Positions 1-8,473 of a stretch of 64,000 bases of DNA are shown here, piece after piece. Origin of the DNA: Candidatus Poribacteria bacterium (GTDB lineage: Bacteria > Poribacteria > WGA-4E > PCPOR2b); assembly GCA_965116925.1 (NCBI GenBank), contig OZ220744.1:4512001-4576000 (forward strand). The letters are read 5' to 3'. Position 1 is the first letter of the stretch, and each line of letters opens with the position of its first letter. The translations under genes were made by a program, and so were the position numbers. The notes beneath the pieces were generated by a model, which was given only the letters and a program-made list of their open reading frames with translations, was not told where the DNA came from and searched no databases.

Positions 1-273
1 CGCCTTGCCCATGAATTGGGTATGGGTGGTTGGTCACAAACGGTGGCGTACGGACCGGGGGCGGCTATGGGGTTGCATGTGGCTGCTTGCATGCCTCACC
101 TGACGCAGCCGTATGATATGGTTGGGCCCATGGCTTGGGAAAACACCCTGGTCAATGAGGACTTCCCGTTTGAAGATGGCTGTTTTCTGGTGCCGGATCG
201 CCCTGGATTGGGATACACCCTGAATCACGATGCGGTTAAAAAGTATCTGGTTACGAAGCGGGATTTTGAATGA
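1..273 (+). CDS. C-terminal part of a mandelate racemase/muconate lactonizing enzyme family protein (truncated by window start)
   Basis: Frame is open from base 1. It ends with the enolase-superfamily C-terminal motif FEDGCFLVPDRPGLG. Confidence 0.75.
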   Translation, partial: RLAHELGMGGWSQTVAYGPGAAMGLHVAACMPHLTQPYDMVGPMAWENTLVNEDFPFEDGCFLVPDRPGLGYTLNHDAVKKYLVTKRDFE

Positions 274-335
274 GTTGTTTCCACAGTCATTCCCATCTGA
301 ACATAGGATCCTTATAGACGGAAGAAAGCGTATCA

Positions 336-3300
336 ATGAAATCCGATGAAAAAGCTGAAAATGGAAATCTCCCGTATTTGCGGCAGCCGTCCCTCTCGCC
401 GGACGGTAGCAAAATCGCTTTCTGCTACGCGGGAGATGTTTGGATTGTCCCCGCAGGTGGCGGAGCGGCGAGCCGTATAACATCTCACGCAAGCAATGAT
501 TCAGATCCAATCTTCTCTCCCGACGGAACGCAGTTGGCGTTTGCATCTCAGCGTACAGGTGGTGGAAATATCTACACCATCTCTCTCCAATCGAACCAGC
601 CACCGAAACGTTTGACCTATCACGACGAATCGATCCCGCCGGCATGCTGGTCCCCCGATGGGCAATGGCTTTACTTTACCTCCGATTATGATGGGATTCG
701 AGGTGCAGGTTATAAGATCCATGTTGACGGAGGGACACCGATCCAAGTTGCTGGCGATCCACGAGAAACCCACTACAATTTAGCAATCTCACCCGATGGG
801 AAGACGTTAGCTTTTAACAATAATGGATTCCCATGGTGGCGGCGTGGACAGCATTCGTCTGGGCATTCTGACATCTGGATAGTCAGTGAAGCAGTTGGAG
901 CGGACGACCACCGTCGATTGACGCAATACCTCGGCAAAAATCTGAGACCGATGTGGAACGCTGACGGCACTGGGCTTTTCTACCTGAGCGATCGTGACGA
1001 CGAGGAAAATATCTGGTATATGACGCTGGAAGGTGATACGGAGACCGTGCAGTTTACTCACTTTACCAACGGGCGAGTGTTGCGTCCCTCTATTGCCGCG
1101 GATGGAAAATGGATTGCCTTTGAACGCGACTTTCAGATTTGGCTGCTAAACCTTGAAAGCCGAACGTCTGAGCCGGTGGAGATTATCCTTCAGACCGACG
1201 AAAAATCGAACCCTATCCAGCATCATAGCTACACCTCTGGTATTAATGAATTTGAACTTGCTCCTGACGGTAGAAAGGTTGCCTTTATTGTTCATGGCGA
1301 GGTCTTCGCGGATTTGGCAGATAAAGGGGATAAGGTCAAAAAGGGCGGGGATTCGTTCAAGGTAACGGACACCCCTTTCCGTGAGAGCCAGTTGCAGTGG
1401 CACCCTGAAAGCGACCGTGTCGTGTACATCTCGGATCGGACAGGACACAACGAAGTCTTTCAATACCACTTCAAAGAGCGGGTGGAAACGCAACAGACGG
1501 ATTCACCAGAGCAGAAATACACACCAAAGTTTTCACCCGATGGGAAGTGGCTTGCTTATATTCAGGTCCCTATGAATCCCGATACAGGGGGGATTGAAGG
1601 CGAAATCTGGTTGATGGATACAGAAACCGAGGAGCAACGATCTTTCATCACCGATCAAGTTTTTATCGGTGTGCCACAGCCGACAGAGTTTGAATGGTCG
1701 CCGGATAGCCAATGGTTAGCCTTTATCGCGACAGATACCAATTTCTTCAGCAACCTCTATGTTCAGCATATCGAAGCGGATACTCCCAAACAGCTGACCT
1801 TTTTGAGTAATATCAGCACAGGTGATATCCTCTGGTCACCAGACGGAAAATTTATCGTCTTTAACACGGGACAATACCGCGCTGAGTCACAGATTGCGAG
1901 GGTAGATCTGAAGCCGATTCGACCGGTTTTCAAGGAAGAAGATTTCGATCGGCTATTTCGGGAGGCAAAGCCGGATAAGCCGCAGCCGCCCGAAGCAGAG
2001 TCCACTGAAAAAGAAGATACCGATTCAAGGCCCGAAAACTCGGAAGAATCAGAAAACGAACAGAGTACTGAGAGCGAAAAGGGGAAGAATGAGAAGCCTG
2101 AAAAGAAGATTGAGCCGGTTGAGATAGAGTTTGAAGGGATTAAACACCGGCTCCGTTTCCTCACCGATTTCAAACTCAATGCCTCTGCTGAAAGTATTCG
2201 TCCTAACAGCAAAACGCTCATCTTCCGTGCTGCTATGACAGGGCAGCAGAACCTGTGGAGTCTGTCTCTTGAAGAGGATAAACGCGGTGAACTACCCAAG
2301 CAGTTGACGGGGACCGCCAGCGGAAAAAGGAATGTGCATTTCATACCGAATGGCAAAAAGTTTTATTATACCGATGGGGGACGCATTCATTCCGTAGGAA
2401 TGGGCGAAGATGGTGCAAAGGAGGGAGATGCGAAGGCGTTAGATACGAGAGCAGAGGTTGAGGTCAACTTTCATCTCGAAAAGATGCAAGCCTTCGATGA
2501 AGCGTGGCGGTTGATTCGAGATGGATTTTACGATCCACAGTTCCACGGTTGTGATTGGGAGCAGGTACACCAGATGTTTGGTCCGATGGTAGAGGGAGTA
2601 CAAACACAGGTAGAATTCCGTGAACTATTGAATCTCATGGTTGGAGAATTGAACGCCTCCCATCTCGGTGCGGGTGGCCGGACTGACAACGCACCAGATA
2701 GCTTTCTCGGTGCGGATTTCGATCGAAAGACATTGGAAGAGGATGGGCACTTCAAGATTTCAGAAATTATTCCCCAATCTCCACTAACGCTTATAGAAGA
2801 ACCCGCACAGGTTGGGGAGTATCTGGTTGCGGTCAATGGAGTTGCCCTTAATCGAGGGGTCAACCTACCTGAACAACTCCAGCGAAAACAGGGAAAGCGG
2901 GTGACTGTGAAACTCAACGATAAACCCCAGTTGGAGGGAGGTCGAGAGCTAACTGTCCAGCCCATTGACAGCGGTCAGCACCGAAACCTCCGTTACAAGG
3001 AATGGGTACGTTGGAATGAGACTTACGTCCACGAAAAGAGCAATCAACGACTTGGGTATGTCCACATCCGTGAGATGTCTTACGAAGCCTACCTCCGGTT
3101 TATCGCTGACCTCGATACCGAAACCCACGACAGAGAAGGGGTCGTGCTTGATGTCCGATTTAACCCCGGCGGACATATCGCCCCTTTCATCCTTGATGTT
3201 TTGCACCGCAGAGCCTATACCCAATCGAATTATCGTGGGTTAATCAGCACAACAGACACCAACCTTGCAGGCAATCGCATCTTGGAGCAGCCTGTTATTC

Positions 3301-3626
3301 TTATTACCAACGAACATTCTGGAAGCAATGCGGAGATGTTTAGCGAGGGGTTCCGAAAGTTGGGACTCGGTAAGGTGGTCGGTATGCCTACAGCTGGCGC
3401 GGTCATCTGGACCTGGGGTTGGAGTCTACTTGATGGTACAATCTTCCGATTACCCCGGTTAAGGGTCACAACCTTGGAAGGCGAGAATACGGAGGGCACC
3501 GCCCGCCCGGTCGATTTTCAAGTTGACCGCCCACTTGGTGAAGCGGCGCAATTGCTCGACAGTCAACTTGATGTTGCTGTCGAGCAATTGCTAGCGCAAA
3601 TCGATGAAGATGGTGAGGCGGCGTAG
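336..3626 (+). CDS. Tricorn-like S41 family peptidase (PD40/TolB-like propellers, PDZ, S41 catalytic domain)
   Basis: 1096 aa with repeated SPDG PD40 motifs. Also GELNASH, LDVRFNPGG, a catalytic GSNAE segment and VGMPTAG. Confidence 0.9.
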   Translation: MKSDEKAENGNLPYLRQPSLSPDGSKIAFCYAGDVWIVPAGGGAASRITSHASNDSDPIFSPDGTQLAFASQRTGGGNIYTISLQSNQPPKRLTYHDESIPPACWSPDGQWLYFTSDYDGIRGAGYKIHVDGGTPIQVAGDPRETHYNLAISPDGKTLAFNNNGFPWWRRGQHSSGHSDIWIVSEAVGADDHRRLTQYLGKNLRPMWNADGTGLFYLSDRDDEENIWYMTLEGDTETVQFTHFTNGRVLRPSIAADGKWIAFERDFQIWLLNLESRTSEPVEIILQTDEKSNPIQHHSYTSGINEFELAPDGRKVAFIVHGEVFADLADKGDKVKKGGDSFKVTDTPFRESQLQWHPESDRVVYISDRTGHNEVFQYHFKERVETQQTDSPEQKYTPKFSPDGKWLAYIQVPMNPDTGGIEGEIWLMDTETEEQRSFITDQVFIGVPQPTEFEWSPDSQWLAFIATDTNFFSNLYVQHIEADTPKQLTFLSNISTGDILWSPDGKFIVFNTGQYRAESQIARVDLKPIRPVFKEEDFDRLFREAKPDKPQPPEAESTEKEDTDSRPENSEESENEQSTESEKGKNEKPEKKIEPVEIEFEGIKHRLRFLTDFKLNASAESIRPNSKTLIFRAAMTGQQNLWSLSLEEDKRGELPKQLTGTASGKRNVHFIPNGKKFYYTDGGRIHSVGMGEDGAKEGDAKALDTRAEVEVNFHLEKMQAFDEAWRLIRDGFYDPQFHGCDWEQVHQMFGPMVEGVQTQVEFRELLNLMVGELNASHLGAGGRTDNAPDSFLGADFDRKTLEEDGHFKISEIIPQSPLTLIEEPAQVGEYLVAVNGVALNRGVNLPEQLQRKQGKRVTVKLNDKPQLEGGRELTVQPIDSGQHRNLRYKEWVRWNETYVHEKSNQRLGYVHIREMSYEAYLRFIADLDTETHDREGVVLDVRFNPGGHIAPFILDVLHRRAYTQSNYRGLISTTDTNLAGNRILEQPVILITNEHSGSNAEMFSEGFRKLGLGKVVGMPTAGAVIWTWGWSLLDGTIFRLPRLRVTTLEGENTEGTARPVDFQVDRPLGEAAQLLDSQLDVAVEQLLAQIDEDGEAA

Positions 3627-3661
3627 GGACAGACTCCGGTGTTGCTGGTTCGCCCGAGTTG

Positions 3662-3695
3662 CCGGTAAGGAATGCAGATCTGCGTTCCCTACCGG
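3662..3695. repeat. GTAG-type REP-like palindrome, class GTAGGGAACGCAGATCTGC; second copy at 21882-21909
   Basis: ccggtaaggaatgcagatctgcgttccctaccgg lies between convergent genes, with a near-identical copy at 21882. Confidence 0.75.
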
Positions 3696-3705
3696 GCACA
3701 TTCTC

Positions 3706-4584
3706 CTATCCAAGTGTCTTCCAAACGAGTCGAATTGCAAACGCCACCACGGCGACAACAAGAACAACCCGAATCCACTTATCACCTTTTTCGACTGCCC
3801 AATGACTACCGATCCAAGCACCGGTGGCATTCCCGACGGCAAGCGTCAAACCAAAATACCAATCCACATTTTTACTTATAATGAAGACAACTAAGGCACT
3901 AACGGTGTAAAAAAAGACCACAAACAGTTTGATAGCATTGGTGCGAACCAGATCGAAACCGTTCGTCAGCGTTAGTGCTGCAATGATAATAAACCCTGCC
4001 CCTGCCTGAATAAAACCACCGTAGATACCTACGAAAAAAAAGACGAACATCCCGATGATTTTGCGTATTATGTCGTAGTAGGTATACCAGTTACCTCGTG
4101 CACCTACGAAAAAAAAGACAACGCTCCCGATGATGTTGCGAAGTAAACTCAAACCTTCAGGTCCATCTTGCAACTTCTTAGTTGGATTAAAAAGGGTTAT
4201 AATTAGCACGCCAATCATGATGCCGGCGAGAACGCGGTTAAAGATAACCTCATCCATTTCAACGGCAATCTGGGCGCCTAACCATGCTCCGACCAGCGCA
4301 GGGAGGGTAAGAAGCGTGCTATAGCCAAAATCAGAAACGCCCTTGCGGCGGAATCCCATAATTCCGCTGGCATTCTGGGCGAAAACTGCGACCCTGTTGG
4401 TCCCATTCGCTGTTGCCGGAGGTAAACCGAGAAAAATTAGAACCGGGAGGGTAAGTAGTGAACCACCGCCGGCAACGGTGTTGAGGAAACCGGCGAAGAC
4501 ACCGGTAACGAGAATTAACGGGATTTCCCAAATTTCCATGTGTTGTTTTTGCAACTCCTCATTGGTTGGATTGAAAGACCACAA
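3706..4584 (-). CDS. TauE/SafE (sulfite exporter-like) membrane protein
   Basis: Motifs AGFLNTVAGGGSLLTLP, ANGTN and GIYGGFIQAG, with multiple TM helices. The true start may be slightly downstream (MEIWEIP). Confidence 0.88.
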   Translation of the reverse strand: MWSFNPTNEELQKQHMEIWEIPLILVTGVFAGFLNTVAGGGSLLTLPVLIFLGLPPATANGTNRVAVFAQNASGIMGFRRKGVSDFGYSTLLTLPALVGAWLGAQIAVEMDEVIFNRVLAGIMIGVLIITLFNPTKKLQDGPEGLSLLRNIIGSVVFFFVGARGNWYTYYDIIRKIIGMFVFFFVGIYGGFIQAGAGFIIIAALTLTNGFDLVRTNAIKLFVVFFYTVSALVVFIISKNVDWYFGLTLAVGNATGAWIGSHWAVEKGDKWIRVVLVVAVVAFAIRLVWKTLG

Positions 4585-4655
4585 CCACGATTATATCAGT
4601 TTTCAACTAGTTAATCCAGCGAAAAGCTGAGAATCTTTGAGAAAAATTGCACAGG

Positions 4656-4685
4656 TTGACTTATTTGGGGATGGTGTGCTAAATT
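4656..4685 (+). promoter_or_regulatory. Putative sigma70 promoter for the VOC gene run
   Basis: TTGACT, 18-bp spacer, then TAAATT with an extended -10 TG. Confidence 0.5.
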
Positions 4686-4763
4686 AAGGGGGTCCAATTT
4701 GGATTTACCTATTCGGGGCAACTTTTTGCTAATCCGTTGTTTTTAGAACAGAAGGAGAGAAAT

Positions 4764-5234
4764 ATGTTAGCCGTTAAAGCACTGGGCCATGTGGGAATCT
4801 ACTGTACCGATCTGCAACGGTCCAAAGATTTTTACACCCGCATCTTAGGGCTCACAGTTACCGACGAAGACCCTGATGGTAACATCACCTTTCTTAGTGC
4901 ACAGCCAGACGAGGAACACCATGAAGTTGCACTCTGTCCGGGCAGAGACGTACCAGCGGGGGCAAAGGTTATTCAACAAGTGTCTTTCATTGTGGAAGAT
5001 CTACCAACCCTGAAGCAATTTTATCATCGGCTGAAAGAGGAGGAGGTGCGTTTCCGCAGTATTGTCAGCCACGGCATTGCCCTTGCTATTTACTGCTACG
5101 ACCCCGATGACAACGTTGTTGAGATCTATGCGAAGACACCGTACAAGGTAGCGCAACCGCTCTCTGAACCGGTCGACCTTGAATTATCGGACGAGGAATT
5201 GCTCGCCATTGCTGAGGGGGGTGCACAGTCATAG
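4764..5234 (+). CDS. VOC (glyoxalase/extradiol dioxygenase) family protein
   Basis: Motifs LGHVGIY...FYTRILGL and YDPDDNVVEIY. ATG 4764 follows a GAAGGAG RBS. Confidence 0.88.
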   Translation: MLAVKALGHVGIYCTDLQRSKDFYTRILGLTVTDEDPDGNITFLSAQPDEEHHEVALCPGRDVPAGAKVIQQVSFIVEDLPTLKQFYHRLKEEEVRFRSIVSHGIALAIYCYDPDDNVVEIYAKTPYKVAQPLSEPVDLELSDEELLAIAEGGAQS

Positions 5235-5258
5235 TGCCACTACGAAAAGGAGGGTGTC

Positions 5259-5861
5259 ATGAGCTTAGCATATTCATTAACAATTGCAGGCATTGTAGAA
5301 AAACTAGAAACCCGCGACCCGCTGCCACCGCTCGCCCCAAGCGCAGAGTGGGACAGCGAACTCACCCATCGAATTGAGAGTTTGTCGCTAGAAACGCTCT
5401 TTGATGGGCAATCCGTTAAGGATTCAACGATGGGATACGCTATGCAGAGCGGTTTGCTGCTCTGGAACGACGCGCTTGATGCGTCACACACAATCTCGCA
5501 AGGTATCGAAAGCGAAACAGGCAGCTATTGGCACGGCATTATGCACCGCCGCGAGCCGGACTATAGCAACGCGAAATACTGGTTTAGGCGCGTTGGAGTG
5601 CATTCCACCTTTCCTGCCCTCCGCGAACGGGCGTTAGTGCTGCTTCAAGAGTGTTCAACCGAATCAGACTCGCTCACAGATTATGTTGAGGCAGTTGAAA
5701 AAACAGAAGGTTGGGATGCCTTTCGGTTTGTTGATTGGTGTCAGGCTGCGGATGGGGATGGATTAACGCCGGAAGCAGTGAAATCGTTTTTACAAGCTGT
5801 ACAGGTTGAGGAGATTAAACTATTGCTGGATTATTCCTATCAGCAAGCACTCACTCAATAG
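5259..5861 (+). CDS. Conserved hypothetical helical protein
   Basis: 200-aa ORF with an AGGAGG RBS and a conserved-looking motif [20 protein letters not shown]. Confidence 0.7.
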   Translation: MSLAYSLTIAGIVEKLETRDPLPPLAPSAEWDSELTHRIESLSLETLFDGQSVKDSTMGYAMQSGLLLWNDALDASHTISQGIESETGSYWHGIMHRREPDYSNAKYWFRRVGVHSTFPALRERALVLLQECSTESDSLTDYVEAVEKTEGWDAFRFVDWCQAADGDGLTPEAVKSFLQAVQVEEIKLLLDYSYQQALTQ

Positions 5862-5932
5862 AGGTGGCGCAGTTAGGTTGTGTCATCGGAATAGTGGGCA
5901 TATTCCAATCAAACTAAACAGGAGGGATTATC

Positions 5933-6943
5933 ATGCGTTCTGACAATGACTTCCGGTACTACTTCTTACTCATCGTGGTCGGTTACCTACTCGCAACACT
6001 TTGCATCTCTTTTGTTGATGCGTCTTCAATCAAAACCAGTTACAAGTATCAAGAGATCAAGCGGCTCCATAAAATGACCCTCCAAGAGAGCGAGCCGGCA
6101 GGACTTAATATGCTGATTCAGAAATCGCGTACGTTTATCGCGGAGCATCCGAAATACAAACGGATTGATCAGGTCTACTACATTTTTGGCAATGCCTTGA
6201 CCAAAGCTGGAAATGCCGAGGAGGCGGTTAAGGCTTATCAACAACTTGTAGAAAATTATCCGAAAGCTACCTATTTCGCGCTCGCTCTCTTAGAGATGGG
6301 ATTAGCTTATGACCGGCTCGGTCAGCATGACAAAGCGGATGCAGCGTATCATCAATTAATTGAACACCCAAAATACGGTTCGCGCGCATCTGCGAAGACC
6401 GCGAAGCGGTTGCTAGCACTAGAAAAGGAGAACCGCACCGGCGAGGTTCCCGCAAACCCTTCATACGGAGGGCGACCGGATGCACTGGTCGGCAAAAAGG
6501 CGATTGATTTCAATGTGAAAGACCTTGATGGCGACGACCTGTCCTTGGAGAAATATCGAGGTAACGTGATCTTACTCGATTTCTGGGCGGTTTGGTGTGC
6601 ACCGTGTATCGCTGAAATGCCCAATGTGAAGCAGGTATACGAGAAATATAAGGATGAGAACTTCCAGATCATTGGCATTAGCCTTGATAATAGTCGGGAT
6701 ATATTGGTGGGTTATCTAGAAAAGGAAGGGATAGCTTGGCCCCAAGTTTTTGATGGAAACGGTTGGGATAATCAGGTGGCGAAGATCTATGGTATCCGTG
6801 CTATTCCGCAGATGTACCTCATTGATGGCGAAGGCGTGATTCGCAAGTCAGATGTTCGAGGACATGCCCTTGAACCGGCGGTTGCAGAACTAGTCCGAGA
6901 GAACAACGCGAAATTGCAAGGCAACAAACCTGATGAGAAATAG
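5933..6943 (+). CDS. Exported TPR-repeat plus TlpA/ResA thioredoxin-domain protein
   Basis: N-terminal hydrophobic segment, TPR-like helices and the CxxC motif DFWAVWCAPC. Confidence 0.88.
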   Translation: MRSDNDFRYYFLLIVVGYLLATLCISFVDASSIKTSYKYQEIKRLHKMTLQESEPAGLNMLIQKSRTFIAEHPKYKRIDQVYYIFGNALTKAGNAEEAVKAYQQLVENYPKATYFALALLEMGLAYDRLGQHDKADAAYHQLIEHPKYGSRASAKTAKRLLALEKENRTGEVPANPSYGGRPDALVGKKAIDFNVKDLDGDDLSLEKYRGNVILLDFWAVWCAPCIAEMPNVKQVYEKYKDENFQIIGISLDNSRDILVGYLEKEGIAWPQVFDGNGWDNQVAKIYGIRAIPQMYLIDGEGVIRKSDVRGHALEPAVAELVRENNAKLQGNKPDEK

Positions 6944-7015
6944 CGTCGAAGGGATTCGTGGATGGTTGAATGAGTCAATCCTATCAAAAATTTGTGCTTA
7001 TAGGAGATTCCACTA

Positions 7016-8056
7016 ATGAAATCAACGCAAATTTCCATACTAATTGTTATAGTCCTTTCAATCGCAATAATCGTCTTGGTTTTTTTAACGATAACTCGAC
7101 CCTCTCTATTTAATCCAGACCTTATCGTCAAAGATCCTCCGGAATTGAGTGTGCCTGAAGGTGCTAGAGCCCACTTCGGTAAGGGTCAAATAAGTGAGAT
7201 AGCCTATTCTCCCGATAGTAGTCGTCTCGCAGTTGCCAGTTCTATCGGGGTTTTGATACATGATGCACGAACCGGTGAAGAACTTAGGCGACTCAAGGGA
7301 CATAGGGCAGAGGTCTATAGCGTCGCGTTTAGCCCGGATGGCAGCACCCTCGCCAGTGGGGCTGAGGACGATACCGTCCGTCTGTGGGATGCGGTCACGG
7401 GTAAGCACAAACGAACACTCAAAGGGCATACAACTAGGGTCTTTAGGCATAAAGGTTCGGTCTATAGTGTGGCATTCAGTCCCGACGGCAGCACGCTTGC
7501 AAGCGGCAGTGCGGACCAGACCATCCGTCTGTGGGATGTCGCCACAGGTGAACCCAAGGGGGTGCTCACAGGACATGTAGCACAAGTTAACAACGTCGTC
7601 TTCAGTCCTGATGGCGGGACACTTGCGAGTGGGAGTAGTTTTGGCAGAGTGCGGTTGTGGGATGGTATCACAGGCGTCCACAAGCAAACACTCCCTGGTC
7701 GTGTTCAGGGGTTCATCTGGGATTTAGCGTTCAGTCCGGATGGCAGCACCCTCGCATGTGCAACCTTTGACGGGGTGAAATTCTGGGATGTTATCACAGG
7801 GCAGGTCACAACTTCATTTGCAGGGGAGGCTGTGATGAGTATTGCGTATAGCCCAAATGGCACTACCCTTGCAAGTGGGGGTGACGACGACGCCCCCACC
7901 ATCCGTCTGCGGGATGTCGCCACAGGCGTTCACAAGCAAACACTCACTGGTCATGGTCAGTGGTTCATCCGGGACTTAGCGTTCAGTCCGGATGGCAGCA
8001 CTCTCGCAAGCGGGTCATGGGACGGAACGACGATCCTGTGGGACCTGAACCAGTAG
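7016..8056 (+). CDS. WD40-repeat protein with N-terminal membrane/signal segment
   Basis: About 7 GH...AFSPDG...LASG...LWD repeats. Confidence 0.92.
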   Translation: MKSTQISILIVIVLSIAIIVLVFLTITRPSLFNPDLIVKDPPELSVPEGARAHFGKGQISEIAYSPDSSRLAVASSIGVLIHDARTGEELRRLKGHRAEVYSVAFSPDGSTLASGAEDDTVRLWDAVTGKHKRTLKGHTTRVFRHKGSVYSVAFSPDGSTLASGSADQTIRLWDVATGEPKGVLTGHVAQVNNVVFSPDGGTLASGSSFGRVRLWDGITGVHKQTLPGRVQGFIWDLAFSPDGSTLACATFDGVKFWDVITGQVTTSFAGEAVMSIAYSPNGTTLASGGDDDAPTIRLRDVATGVHKQTLTGHGQWFIRDLAFSPDGSTLASGSWDGTTILWDLNQ

Positions 8057-8061
8057 TAGTA

Positions 8062-8106
8062 ATCAACGAAGATGCAGTTGTAAACCGCCTCGATTTGGTG
8101 CTGTAA
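8062..8106 (+). pseudogene. Out-of-frame dockerin-like remnant (INEDAVVNRLDLVL)
   Basis: Translation in the -1 frame just after the WD40 stop resembles VSRDGVVNAQDLVL of the neighbouring full-length paralogue. Confidence 0.6.
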
Positions 8107-8473
8107 TAACCCACGCTGCTCTAACCTACACCTATTCACAATTGAAGTTTACTCTCCCATTCCAAGTGCCGGTGTATCATTTCTGCAACGAGAGAGTTCA
8201 TAATTTGAACATCTTCTTTGTGAACACAACCCTCCCTTTGCAATCTCAACTCATGTTAAAAGCAGGCGCAAAGTCCCTTAGAAGACGGGTTTGCCGAAGT
8301 ACTTGCTTTTCTGCACAATACGCTTCGCACGGTTCAAGATAATTGTGGCATCTAAATTGCATATAGCCGATAAACCAAATGAGTTTCCGTTCGGCACCGA
8401 TTCATGTCAGATCCTATCTGGCTCTGTTGAAATATCAATGGAACTTAATGAAAGGAGATGCCAACAAAATCTA

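Noticed and set aside
1960..2120. Acidic low-complexity stretch in the tricorn-like protease
   Set aside because: Charged linkers at this position are usual in tricorn homologues.
8291..8473. N-terminal extension of the 900-aa ORF from the track
   Set aside because: The signal peptide and RBS point to a start at 8474, so the upstream part is likely non-coding. The same applies to several other track starts that I shortened.
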